Part shown: one piece after another, positions 17,956-27,276 of the stretch | Numbering within the stretch: the first letter of the stretch is position 1 | How the letters are laid out: each line of letters begins with the position of its first letter | Notes under the pieces: model-generated | Seen by the model: only the letters and a program-made list of their open reading frames with translations | Databases searched by the model: none | Told to the model about the DNA's origin: nothing | Program-made: the position numbers and the translations under genes | Assembly (NCBI GenBank): GCA_964496205.1 | Contig: CAZBXV010000003.1 | Span: 13,613 to 77,612, forward strand | Reading direction: 5' to 3' | Length of the DNA: 64,000 nucleotides | DNA from: an uncultured Acidimicrobiia bacterium | Lineage (GTDB): Bacteria > Actinomycetota > Acidimicrobiia > Spongiisociales > UBA4744

Positions 17956-19485
17956 TCAAAGGCGAACGATGATTCCTTCGTAGGGACGCAGGTCGAGACG
18001 CTCGACCTGCCCGGCCACGTCGAGCCGGGTTGAGAGCAGGATCATTCCGGATACGTCGATGTGACACTTCGCGTCACCGAAGTTCAGCACAATCCGAAGC
18101 GTCTCCTCCCCGTCGGTTCGCTCGAACATGAAGCAGCCATCTGGCGCGTCGAGCGAGTGATAGTTCCCAATCGTGAGGGCCGGAGTAGCCCTTCGGAGCG
18201 ACAGCATCTGTCGGTAGAAATCTCGAATAGATCCGGCACCCTCAACCGATACGGCCCTGGTCTCCCACCCGGGCGAAAGCGACAGCCACGGTGTACCGGT
18301 CGTGAATCCGGCAGACGGACCGAGATCCCACTCCATGGGGGTTCGGCAGCCGTCACGACCAAAACCGGGCATCTGGCGTCCCCACGGATCCTGCTGCTCC
18401 TCTGGTGGCACGTCCGCCTGTGGGATGCCCAGCTCGTCGCCGTAGTACATGGTGGGAGTTCCTCGTAGCGAGAGAAGCATCATGCCTGCGACCCGTGCGT
18501 GCCCCGGTCCGTAGCGAGTGGCGAGACGGCGTTCGTCATGGTTTCCGAGGACGTAGTTGGGCCACGCCCCCGCAGGAACGGCGGCGTCGCACGCATCGGC
18601 CAGACGCCTGAACACGCGCGGGTTCCATGGGGCATGGAGCAGCGAGAAGTTGAACGGCATCGTCAACTCGTCGAGGTCGGCTCCGTAGTAGGACGCCCAG
18701 CGCTCCCAATCGGGTTCGTGGATCTCACCTATGGAGAACCGAGGCGGATCGTACTCGTCGAGGACCGTTCGAATCCGTCGAAACATGGCGTGAACGTCGG
18801 GATGACCCTTGCTGTTGGACGGTTCGTCGGTCGGCGGTTCCGGGTCGTCTCGCAGCTCGGGGTCCTTCATGATGAACGTGACCACGTCCATGCGGAATCC
18901 ATCGACACCCCTGTCGGACCAGAAGCGGAGCGTGTCGAACATGGCATCTTGGACTTCCGGATTTCGCCAGTTGAGGTCAGGCTGGGCCTTCAGGAATGAG
19001 TGGAGGTAGTACTGCCCGGTGGCCTCGTCCCATGCCCACGCGCTGCCACCGAAGTTGCTCCGCCAGTTGTTCGGCGGAGAGCCGTCGGGTTTCGCGTCGG
19101 CCCACACGTACCAGTCGCGTTTTGGGTTGTCGCGTGACGATCGGGCCTCCACGAACCAGGCGTGCCGGTCCGAAGTGTGGTTGGGCACCCAGTCAATGAC
19201 CAGCTTCATGTCGCGATCGTGCATGTCGGAAAGCATCCGATCGAAATCGTCGAGTGTCCCGAACATCGGATCGACGTCGCAGTAGTCGGAGATGTCATAC
19301 CCGAAGTCCGCTTGTGGCGACGGGTAGAAGGGAGACAGCCAGACGGCATCGACGCCGAGGTCGGTCAGATAGTCGAGCCTCTGACGGATTCCTTCGAGAT
19401 CACCTATCCCGTCGCCGTTCGAATCCTGGAACGAGCGCGGATAGATCTGATAGATACTCGAAGTCATCCACCACTCGTTCATCAC
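17956..19485 (-). CDS. GH13 alpha-glucosidase / oligo-1,6-glucosidase family
   Basis: GH13 regions DAVWLSPFY, VIDWVPNHTSD, GFRMDVV. Confidence 0.9.
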   Translation of the reverse strand: MMNEWWMTSSIYQIYPRSFQDSNGDGIGDLEGIRQRLDYLTDLGVDAVWLSPFYPSPQADFGYDISDYCDVDPMFGTLDDFDRMLSDMHDRDMKLVIDWVPNHTSDRHAWFVEARSSRDNPKRDWYVWADAKPDGSPPNNWRSNFGGSAWAWDEATGQYYLHSFLKAQPDLNWRNPEVQDAMFDTLRFWSDRGVDGFRMDVVTFIMKDPELRDDPEPPTDEPSNSKGHPDVHAMFRRIRTVLDEYDPPRFSIGEIHEPDWERWASYYGADLDELTMPFNFSLLHAPWNPRVFRRLADACDAAVPAGAWPNYVLGNHDERRLATRYGPGHARVAGMMLLSLRGTPTMYYGDELGIPQADVPPEEQQDPWGRQMPGFGRDGCRTPMEWDLGPSAGFTTGTPWLSLSPGWETRAVSVEGAGSIRDFYRQMLSLRRATPALTIGNYHSLDAPDGCFMFERTDGEETLRIVLNFGDAKCHIDVSGMILLSTRLDVAGQVERLDLRPYEGIIVRL

Positions 19486-21305
19486 CCACCGTAGATCTCA
19501 TCGATGACGCCGCCGTACTTGTGGCCGACGAATGCACGTTTCACCTTCAACGTCGGGGTCAGTTCCCCGCCGCCGATCGTGAAGTCACCCGGCAGGATCC
19601 TGAACTGGCGAATCGACTCGGCTTTCGAGACCGCCTTGTTTGCCTCGGCGACGGCCCCTTCGATTTCGGCGACCAGTTCAGGGTCGCGTGACATATCCCC
19701 GCCCTTTCCACGCCGGGACGCCCACTCGGTGACCGTTTCATCGTCGAGCGTGACGAGCGCTGCGATGAACGGTTTGGCGTCTCCCACCACCATGCACTGG
19801 CTGACGAGCGGGTGAGCCCTGAGCCTGTCTTCCAGGACTGCCGGGGCCACGTTCTTGCCTCCGGCGGTCACGAGGATCTCCTTCTTGCGACCGGTGATAC
19901 TCAGGAATCCCTCATCGTCGAGTTCCCCGACATCGCCCGAGTGGAACCAGCCGTCCTGGTCGAACACCTCACCGTTTGCGGCATCGTTGTTCCAGTAGCC
20001 GCGAAACACACAGCCGCCCTTCATGAGGATCTCGCCGTCTGAGCCGATCGCCACCGACATGCCGGGGGTGGGACGGCCGACAGTGCCGATCTTCACCTCC
20101 GACGGCCGGTTGAAGAACGTGGCGGCGGTTGTCTCGGTGAGTCCGTAGCCTTCCAGGACGACAAGCCCGATGCCTTTGAAGAAATGGCCGAGCCGCTCAC
20201 CGAGAGCAGCGGCCCCGGAGATCGCGTAGGTGAGATTCCCTCCGAATACGTCCCGTAGCTTCCCGTAGACGAGTTTGTCGAACACGGCGTGAAGCACACG
20301 CGTCTTGAAGCCGGGTGACGGCTGCGACGAGTACTCGATTGCGACCTTTGCCGCCATGTCGAAGATGCGTCCCTTGCCCTCTCCCTCAGCCCTGAGCTTG
20401 GCCCCGTTGTACACCTTCTCGAACACTCGCGGCACCGCGAATACCCACCGAGGCTTGAACATCCCGAACTCCTCGGCCAGGTTCTGCATGCCGGTCGCGT
20501 ACCCCATCCTGACCCCGACTGCGGCACAGCCGACCTGGACGATCTGGGCGAACGAGTGGGCCAACGGGAGGAACACAAGCGTCGAGTTGCCTTCTTTGAA
20601 GAGGTCGGGCAGCGCGGCAATCACGTTTCGACCCGTGTAGATGTAGTTGCGATGGGTCAGCTGGCAGCCCTTCGGGTTGCCTGTCGTGCCCGATGTGTAG
20701 ATGAGAGTTGCCAGGTCGTCGTGGCTGATGGCGGCCGACCGCTTCATCACCTCTGCGCGAACCGCGTCCTGAATATCGGCTTGACCGAGCTCCCCTCCCT
20801 CAATCGTGATGACGGTGCGGCACGCCGGAAGCGATGGTGCGACCTGGTCGTACACCGAGCGGAGCTTTTCGTTCTCACAGAACAGGGCCACGCTTCCGCT
20901 GTCGCCCATGATCCAGGCGACCTGATCGGGAGACGAGGTCTCGTAGATCGTGACGAGGGCGGCACCCACCGCCCAGACGGCAAACTGGATCAACGTGTAC
21001 TCGTAGCGAGTCGCCGAGAACACTGCCACGCGATCACCCGGTTGTACCCCCGCTTCCACCAGCGTGGCGGCAAGCCTCACGATGCGCTCCACAACGTCGG
21101 CGGCTCGAATATCCACGAACGCGTCGCCATCCCGGTACGCGAGCGCGAGCGCGTTCGGATGGGTCTTGGCCCGATCGAGCAATGCCCGCAGCGCGTTGTC
21201 GTCGGGCGACAGCCGCACGTCGCCCGGGCTGGTGTACGCCCTCACTTGCCCTCCCTCTCGACCTGTCAAAACCCTAGTGCGCGGCGACCGTTCGCGCTCA
21301 GACAT
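19482..21305 (-). CDS. long-chain fatty-acid--CoA ligase (AMP-dependent synthetase)
   Basis: AMP-binding motif IYTSGTTGNPKG and an adenylation core. ATG verified at 21305 (MSERER), 8 bp overlap with the upstream gene. The longer ORF-track start is rejected because it would overlap that gene by about 200 bp. Confidence 0.85.
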   Translation of the reverse strand: MSERERSPRTRVLTGREGGQVRAYTSPGDVRLSPDDNALRALLDRAKTHPNALALAYRDGDAFVDIRAADVVERIVRLAATLVEAGVQPGDRVAVFSATRYEYTLIQFAVWAVGAALVTIYETSSPDQVAWIMGDSGSVALFCENEKLRSVYDQVAPSLPACRTVITIEGGELGQADIQDAVRAEVMKRSAAISHDDLATLIYTSGTTGNPKGCQLTHRNYIYTGRNVIAALPDLFKEGNSTLVFLPLAHSFAQIVQVGCAAVGVRMGYATGMQNLAEEFGMFKPRWVFAVPRVFEKVYNGAKLRAEGEGKGRIFDMAAKVAIEYSSQPSPGFKTRVLHAVFDKLVYGKLRDVFGGNLTYAISGAAALGERLGHFFKGIGLVVLEGYGLTETTAATFFNRPSEVKIGTVGRPTPGMSVAIGSDGEILMKGGCVFRGYWNNDAANGEVFDQDGWFHSGDVGELDDEGFLSITGRKKEILVTAGGKNVAPAVLEDRLRAHPLVSQCMVVGDAKPFIAALVTLDDETVTEWASRRGKGGDMSRDPELVAEIEGAVAEANKAVSKAESIRQFRILPGDFTIGGGELTPTLKVKRAFVGHKYGGVIDEIYGG

Positions 21306-22428
21306 CCTGGACGACGGCGCCCGACTCCAGCAGTCCCTCGATCTCCGAGACGGCGAAGCCGAACGACTCCAGAACACGAACCGTGTCGTGTCCCGTCGTT
21401 CGAACGGATCCCGGCGTGCCGGCACGTGTCCTGCTGAATCGCGGTACCGGCGCGGTCTGGATTGCCCCGTCGGCTTCAAAGAACGTGCCCCTGGCTGCAT
21501 TGTGTTCGTGCCGAGGAGCTTCGTCGGGTGTCAGAACCGGAACTACGCACGCACTCGTTCCGTGGAAGACCTCGATCCACTGGTCGCGGGTTCTCGAAGC
21601 AAACACCTCCTTGAACGTGGCACGGAGCCCCGGCCACTGCACACGGTCGTACTGCTCTGGAAGCGCTTCGGGGTCCAAACCAAGCCCCGCCACGAGTTCG
21701 GCGTAAAACTGGGGCTCGAGGGCTCCAACCGCGAGATACCTGCCATCGGCGGTCTCGTAGACCGAGTAGAAGGGCGCTCCTCCATCGATGATGTTCTCAC
21801 CACGGCCACCTTCCCACTGGCCGGCTGCAGCCAGGGCTCTCGGGAACATCCCGAGGTAGGCGGCACCCTCGACCATGGAAACGTCGATCACTTGGCCCGC
21901 TCCCGAGCGCCCAGCCTCCAGGAGACCGGCGAGAAGTCCGACGGCGAGAAACATCCCCCCTCCTCCGAGATCTCCAACGAGATTGAGAGGGACCACGGGC
22001 GGGCCACCCGGTTCGCCAATGAGGTCGAGCACACCAGACAACGCGACGTAGTCGATGTCGTGGCCGGCATCGGACGTCATCGGTCCGTCCTGCCCGTACC
22101 CGGTCATCCGGCCATAGACGAGCCTGGGGTTCCTCTCGAGGACGACGTCCGGTCCGATGCCTAGCCGTTCAGCGACTCCGGGCCGGAACCCTTCGATGAA
22201 CCCATCGGCCCGTTCAACCATCCTGAGAACGACTTCGGCGGCCGAATCGTGTTTCAGGTCGATCGCGACAGTCTCTCGTCCGCGGTGGAGAAGATCCCGG
22301 TAGGGGGTTGGACCGGGACGCGCGACGCGAACGACGCGGGCCCCGAGATCGGCCAGCATCATGCCACAGAATGGACCTGGTCCGATCGATCCGATCTCTA
22401 TGAAGGTCAGTCCTACCAGCGGCCCCAT
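21298..22428 (-). CDS. CaiB/BaiF family III CoA-transferase (alpha-methylacyl-CoA racemase-like)
   Basis: Family-III CoA-transferase pattern across the full length (RVVRVARPG..., GDLGGGGM). Confidence 0.85.
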   Translation of the reverse strand: MGPLVGLTFIEIGSIGPGPFCGMMLADLGARVVRVARPGPTPYRDLLHRGRETVAIDLKHDSAAEVVLRMVERADGFIEGFRPGVAERLGIGPDVVLERNPRLVYGRMTGYGQDGPMTSDAGHDIDYVALSGVLDLIGEPGGPPVVPLNLVGDLGGGGMFLAVGLLAGLLEAGRSGAGQVIDVSMVEGAAYLGMFPRALAAAGQWEGGRGENIIDGGAPFYSVYETADGRYLAVGALEPQFYAELVAGLGLDPEALPEQYDRVQWPGLRATFKEVFASRTRDQWIEVFHGTSACVVPVLTPDEAPRHEHNAARGTFFEADGAIQTAPVPRFSRTRAGTPGSVRTTGHDTVRVLESFGFAVSEIEGLLESGAVVQDV

Positions 22429-23198
22429 CAGCGGGGACCCAACCTCGCAGCGGCGTCGAGACGAATCACTTCGCCGTTGAGCATTGGATTCTCGACGATC
22501 GAAACCACCAGAGATCCGAGCTCTTCTGGCAGGCCGAGTCGTTTGGGGAAGACGTGCACCTTCGCCAACGACTCCCTGACCTCGTCCCCCACTGCTCCGA
22601 GCATTGGCGTGTCCATGATGCCGGGAGCGATCGCCATCACCCTGATCCCGTGTGAGGCGAGATCCCGTGCAACCGGCAATGTCAACGACACGATTCCGCC
22701 CTTCGACGCCGAGTAGGCAGCTTGACCGATCTGACCCTCGAACGCAGCGATGGACGCGACGTTGACGATCACGCCCCGCTCGCCATCCTCAGTCGGTTCG
22801 TTCTTGCTCATCGCCCCGGCCGTACGCCTGGTCATGTCGAACAACCCGATCAGATTGACGTCGATCACCTTCTTGAATCGATCGATCGGGAAAAGCGCTC
22901 CGTCCCTTCCGATCATTCTGTGGCCGACGAGAATCCCGGCGGCGTTGACACAGATGTCGACCCGACCGAAAGCTGACATCACCTGATCGACGGCCCACCC
23001 GACGGAGTTCGTGTCCGTGACATCGACAGGCACGAACACGGTGCTGTCACCGAGTTCTCTTGCGACGTCCTTACCTGCCGACTGCTCGAGATCGAGCAGC
23101 GCGACCCGAGCACCGCGCTCGAGGAGCTTGACAGCGGCCCCCCTGCCGAGCCCTCCGGCTCCTCCCGTCACAACCGCGACACGGCGGCTGATGTCCAT
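22428..23198 (-). CDS. SDR, 3-hydroxyacyl-CoA dehydrogenase type-2-like
   Basis: VTGGAGGLGRG, NAAGI, YSASKGG. ATGA overlap with the AMACR-like gene. Confidence 0.85.
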   Translation of the reverse strand: MDISRRVAVVTGGAGGLGRGAAVKLLERGARVALLDLEQSAGKDVARELGDSTVFVPVDVTDTNSVGWAVDQVMSAFGRVDICVNAAGILVGHRMIGRDGALFPIDRFKKVIDVNLIGLFDMTRRTAGAMSKNEPTEDGERGVIVNVASIAAFEGQIGQAAYSASKGGIVSLTLPVARDLASHGIRVMAIAPGIMDTPMLGAVGDEVRESLAKVHVFPKRLGLPEELGSLVVSIVENPMLNGEVIRLDAAARLGPR

Positions 23199-23208
23199 TG
23201 CTGTCCTC

Positions 23209-23517
23209 CTATCCCTGCTGCCGATCTCGGATGTATGTGATCACTCGTTCCGCTTGCTCATTGCTGAGCGTTCCTTTGAACGACGGCATCCGACCGAGTC
23301 CGTTCTCGATCGTGAATCGGAAGAACTCGTCGCTCATGTCGGCTGCTTCGGAACCTACCCCCAACGCCGGGCCGATGCCGCCTTGGAGGTCGGAGCCGTG
23401 GCATCTCGCACAAATGGTCTGGAAGATCTTCTCGCCACTCGCGTCGGGCGATATCGTCTTGAAGGAACACGCCGACAGCAGCACGCAGAGGACGAACGGT
23501 ACAACGAGGCGTTTCAC
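23209..23517 (-). CDS. c-type cytochrome (lipoprotein, monohaem)
   Basis: Signal peptide/lipobox VLLSACS. Haem-binding CARCHG. Distal Met in GRMP. Confidence 0.75.
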   Translation of the reverse strand: MKRLVVPFVLCVLLSACSFKTISPDASGEKIFQTICARCHGSDLQGGIGPALGVGSEAADMSDEFFRFTIENGLGRMPSFKGTLSNEQAERVITYIRDRQQG

Positions 23518-23585
23518 GATCCGTGAGGTTACAGGGGAACCCGACGCCCTGGTCAGGACGTCTCAATGACGACGAAAGGAACTCC

Positions 23586-24308
23586 ATGCGAAGACTGCTC
23601 TCACTCGGTTCAGTCGTCGGAATCGCCCTTCTGACGCTCACCGCCTGCACACCAAATGTCAACGTCACAAACACGCCGTCGGGAACGACAGGCATTCAGG
23701 TAGTCGGGCAAGGCGAAGTGACAGGCACGCCAGACACGCTCACCATCGACCTCGGTATCAGTGTGCTGCGCCCTGGTGTCTCAGAGGCCGCCGACGAGGC
23801 GGCGTCTCTCGCAACCGACCTGATCAACGCGATCGAAGCTCAGGGCGTCGACACAAAGGACGTCCAGACCCGCAACTACTCGATCTACCCCGAGTACACC
23901 TACTCGAATTCGACCCAGACTCTGGCCGGCTACCGAGTGACCAACACGGTCACGGCCAAGATCCATGACATCGAGGCTGCCGGTCGCATCATCGATGCTG
24001 CGACCGCTGCCGGCGGTGACGCCGTGCAGGTATCGTCGGTTTCGTTCTCGCTCGAGGATGACGAAGCTCTGTTGTCGGATGCTCGGACGAGAGCCTGGAA
24101 CGACGCGTACACGAAGGCAGAACAGCTTGCGTCACTGTCCGGCGTGAGTCTCGGCTCGGCGCAGTCGATCGTCGAGTCGGTATCCAGCGAGAATCCTGTC
24201 ACCTACTACGCAGCTGAAGGTGCTCGTGATGCGGTATCAACGCCCATCGAGGCCGGCTCGCAGAAGGTGACCGTCATCCTGACGGTTCAGTTCTCGATCA
24301 ACGGCTGA
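23586..24308 (+). CDS. SIMPL-domain (DUF541) lipoprotein
   Basis: ATG verified at 23586 (MRRLLSLG...LTLTAC lipobox). Body matches the SIMPL / 26-kDa periplasmic immunogenic protein family pattern. Confidence 0.7.
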   Translation: MRRLLSLGSVVGIALLTLTACTPNVNVTNTPSGTTGIQVVGQGEVTGTPDTLTIDLGISVLRPGVSEAADEAASLATDLINAIEAQGVDTKDVQTRNYSIYPEYTYSNSTQTLAGYRVTNTVTAKIHDIEAAGRIIDAATAAGGDAVQVSSVSFSLEDDEALLSDARTRAWNDAYTKAEQLASLSGVSLGSAQSIVESVSSENPVTYYAAEGARDAVSTPIEAGSQKVTVILTVQFSING

Positions 24309-24383
24309 TCCAATCTGGCCTCTGACAGCTCTCGGAGACGAAGTCCCAGTGCGGGAGGAGGATCCCGTGCGTTCGGTCGGCTG

Positions 24384-24878
24384 TCACCCGAGAAGCGCCG
24401 ACCCGCCGACGGTGAGCAGCGACACGACCACTCCGGCGACGAGCACGCCAATGGAGATCAATACGGTCGCCCTTTTCGGCTCGACACCGAACACAAAAGC
24501 GGCCAGTGCTCCACTCCACGCTCCGGTGATCGGAAGCGGGATCGCCACAAACGTGATCAGGGCGGCGTCGCGAAGACGGTCGAAACGAGCGGTATGCCGG
24601 CGGCGCGTGTGCTCGAAGAGTCGTTCAAGCACCCTTCGCAACCATGACCAATGGTCCTCCGCCCACACGGTGAATGGTCCAAGCAAGACCAGGATGAAGG
24701 GCACCGGAAGGATGTTGCCGATCACCGACCAGACGAATGCCTGAGGGATCGACATGTCGAGAACCTTGGCGGCAAAAGGGAGCGCGAATCTCAACTCGGT
24801 GATCGGAATCGCTGCCAGCAAGATGACTGCGAGAGGTTCTGGAAAGCGCTGGACAAACGAGGTGATGGCGTCGCGCAT
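24384..24878 (-). CDS. small multi-TM membrane protein (COG2426 / small multidrug-export-like)
   Basis: Four predicted TM segments. Similar in feel to Sm_multidrug_ex-type proteins, but I am not sure of the family. Confidence 0.5.
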   Translation of the reverse strand: MRDAITSFVQRFPEPLAVILLAAIPITELRFALPFAAKVLDMSIPQAFVWSVIGNILPVPFILVLLGPFTVWAEDHWSWLRRVLERLFEHTRRRHTARFDRLRDAALITFVAIPLPITGAWSGALAAFVFGVEPKRATVLISIGVLVAGVVVSLLTVGGSALLG

Positions 24879-25107
24879 TCCAGCAGTATGGCCGTCCGAG
24901 AGCCTTTTGACACGTTCTCCGCGACGTAGCTACGATCAGAAACGTCGGGTGCCACCCACACCCGATACCCCAACAAGCGCATTGGGTTGCGGGCAAGGAC
25001 TCCCTGGCGCCTTCCCGGCACAACGGCCCATTGCGGCTCTTCGCAAGAAGAGCTACGAGGCTCCGGTTCTACCCCCTTGCCGGGGCCTCGTCACATGTTG
25101 GGTCCGC

Positions 25108-27276
25108 TCATCGTCGACCGGGCAGCCCCACCATGACGACTGGAATCGGCGCGTGTTCGATGATGTAGCTGGTGTCATGCCCGAGGAATGGCCGGTCGGT
25201 CAGGGGCCTTGTCGAGGTGCCAAGAACCAGAAGATCGAAGGTCCCCGACCCGGCGACCGAGAGGACCTCGTCGACCGCGTTCGGAGCGACAGCGATCAGC
25301 GTTTCGACCAAGATGCCCAACTTCGTGCCGAGAGCCGCCGCCTCCGCAACAAGCTCATTCGCATCCCTCCTCGCCTCCGACTCTCTGGCCGTCTCCAACA
25401 TGACGCCTTGGCCGGAGGGCCGGTTCACGACGTGGAGTGCGGTGGCTGCTCCGGAGCTGCGACGAGCGACTGCATAGGCGAACTCCTCGGCCGCCCTCGT
25501 CGACAGGTCGTTTGAGACAGGTACGAGAAGACGACTTGGGAGATCGGCTGGTACCTCCGTGGCCGTCCGGACGATCACGACGGGAAGCTGAACCTTGGCG
25601 AGCGTCCTGTCGACAACGGTTGAGAACATGCCCTTTTCGTCCGAGTCCTCCTCGGATGCGCCCATCACCACCAGGTCATGGCCCAGAGCCGACTCGGCAA
25701 CGATGGCAGTGACGGGATCGGTTGACCGCTTCCGAACGATTCGGCGTTCGAGATCACCGAGTTCGGAGAGAACGCACTCTGCGCTCGCCGTGTGGTCGGT
25801 CCTCCGCAGCAGGCGACTCCACAGGGTCGGGAGCGTGCCCTCGACAACAAGGACCGTCACTTCAGCGCGCGGGAAGGCAGCCGCGACCAACCGGGCCGCA
25901 AACGCGCTGTTGGTCCCGCCGCGAGTCGGCAGGAGAATCCGGTGTGAATTGAGCAGCAGCGACTGCTCTCGAAGTGCTTCTTCATCGAGCCGGCGGCGTT
26001 CCTCTTCGTTGATGCCACGGTCGCTGACGGTGAGCCGAAGCAGCTGCGGTGCGACGATCGAAGTGATCAGCGCCGTCAGTACGAGGACGGTGAACGCCGA
26101 CTCGGCGAGGACACCGAGATTGAGGCCGATGATGGCCACAACGACACCCATTGCGCCGAGTGCCGAGAGCCCCGCGCCGAGCACCACCCCTTGGTGTAGA
26201 CGAAGTCCTCCGATACGGGCTCCGACCATCGTTCCGAACACTTTGGCGGCGATCGCGAGTATCACGATCGCAATCAGCCACCAGACGGCCCCGCCTTGAA
26301 GCGCACCGAAGTCGACCCTCAAACCCGAGTAGGCGAAGAAGATCGGAGCAAAGAAGCTGATCGTTACCGACTCGAGGATCTCCCTGGCCCTCGGGAGTTG
26401 GTGCCTGGTTACTCCGAGAAGGATGCCGACGATGAACGCGCCGAGGATCGCTTCCAATCCGAGTGCTTGCGTGATCGCTGCTCCGACCAACCCAGCTACC
26501 ACCATGACAGTAAGCGCAGCGGTCACACTCGATCCGCCGCGCAATGACATCTTGAACAGCCGATCCAGCAGCCAGCGACCCACCGTGGCCGCAAGTACCA
26601 GGAACACGATCAGCCCGAAAAACGACATCACGAGTGCTCCGAGATCGAATTCTCCCCGAATGGCAACACCGGACAGCGCAGCCAGGATCAGCCAGCCGAT
26701 CGCGTCCATGGTCATGCCCGCAGCCAGCGTGATTTGCCCGAAATCGCGCCGAAGGAAACCAAGATCGGCCAGGATCTTCGCAACGACCGGAAGTGCGGAT
26801 ACAGACAACGCCAGAGCGAAGAAAGCCGCGAACAGGCCCATGCCACGTTCACCCACGAATGAGTCCGGAACCACGAACGCGAGTGCGAAGAACAACATGA
26901 ACGGGATCATGAAGCTGCCCAACGACACACCTGCTGCCGCTTCTCGAAACCGTCGGATGATCGCAAGGTCGGTTTCGTAGCCCAGTGCGACAAGCAGCAT
27001 GATGACGCCGATCCACGCAAGGCCGAATACGACGGCATCGACGGTCGTGTGCCCATGGCCAAACAACCAGGTGTACCCGTCAGGAAACAACGATCCGAAG
27101 ATGGACGGTCCAAGCACGATACCGGCGACCAGCTCTCCGACAACCGGCGGCTGCCCAATCCGTCCTGCGAGTCCTCCGAGGATCCGGGCAAGTCCAACGA
27201 GCACGGCGACCTGGACCAGTGTGACAAGCAACTGGTGTTCGTCGAGCGGTGCCGATGTCACGGCCGCCAGGATCAC
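25108..27276 (-). CDS. CPA2 (Kef-type) cation:proton antiporter fused to two C-terminal universal stress protein (Usp) domains
   Basis: Twelve-TM Na_H exchanger core followed by tandem UspA-like alpha/beta domains. GTG start at 27276 overlaps the ychF stop (GTGA). The ORF-track ATG would overlap ychF by 97 bp. Confidence 0.8.
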   Translation of the reverse strand: MILAAVTSAPLDEHQLLVTLVQVAVLVGLARILGGLAGRIGQPPVVGELVAGIVLGPSIFGSLFPDGYTWLFGHGHTTVDAVVFGLAWIGVIMLLVALGYETDLAIIRRFREAAAGVSLGSFMIPFMLFFALAFVVPDSFVGERGMGLFAAFFALALSVSALPVVAKILADLGFLRRDFGQITLAAGMTMDAIGWLILAALSGVAIRGEFDLGALVMSFFGLIVFLVLAATVGRWLLDRLFKMSLRGGSSVTAALTVMVVAGLVGAAITQALGLEAILGAFIVGILLGVTRHQLPRAREILESVTISFFAPIFFAYSGLRVDFGALQGGAVWWLIAIVILAIAAKVFGTMVGARIGGLRLHQGVVLGAGLSALGAMGVVVAIIGLNLGVLAESAFTVLVLTALITSIVAPQLLRLTVSDRGINEEERRRLDEEALREQSLLLNSHRILLPTRGGTNSAFAARLVAAAFPRAEVTVLVVEGTLPTLWSRLLRRTDHTASAECVLSELGDLERRIVRKRSTDPVTAIVAESALGHDLVVMGASEEDSDEKGMFSTVVDRTLAKVQLPVVIVRTATEVPADLPSRLLVPVSNDLSTRAAEEFAYAVARRSSGAATALHVVNRPSGQGVMLETARESEARRDANELVAEAAALGTKLGILVETLIAVAPNAVDEVLSVAGSGTFDLLVLGTSTRPLTDRPFLGHDTSYIIEHAPIPVVMVGLPGRR

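Noticed and set aside
19415-19435. tRNA-like T-arm sequence (gccgttcgaatcctgg)
   Set aside because: It lies inside the alpha-glucosidase coding frame, with no acceptor or anticodon stem context. No tRNA was detected anywhere in the window.
21064-22164. 366-aa plus-strand ORF over the AMACR-like gene
   Set aside because: Antisense high-GC artefact. The minus-strand gene has a clear family III CoA-transferase pattern.
24791-25021. 76-aa minus-strand ORF in the 229-bp intergenic region
   Set aside because: It overlaps the start of the COG2426-like gene. No RBS, no motif. The region is more likely a non-coding leader.
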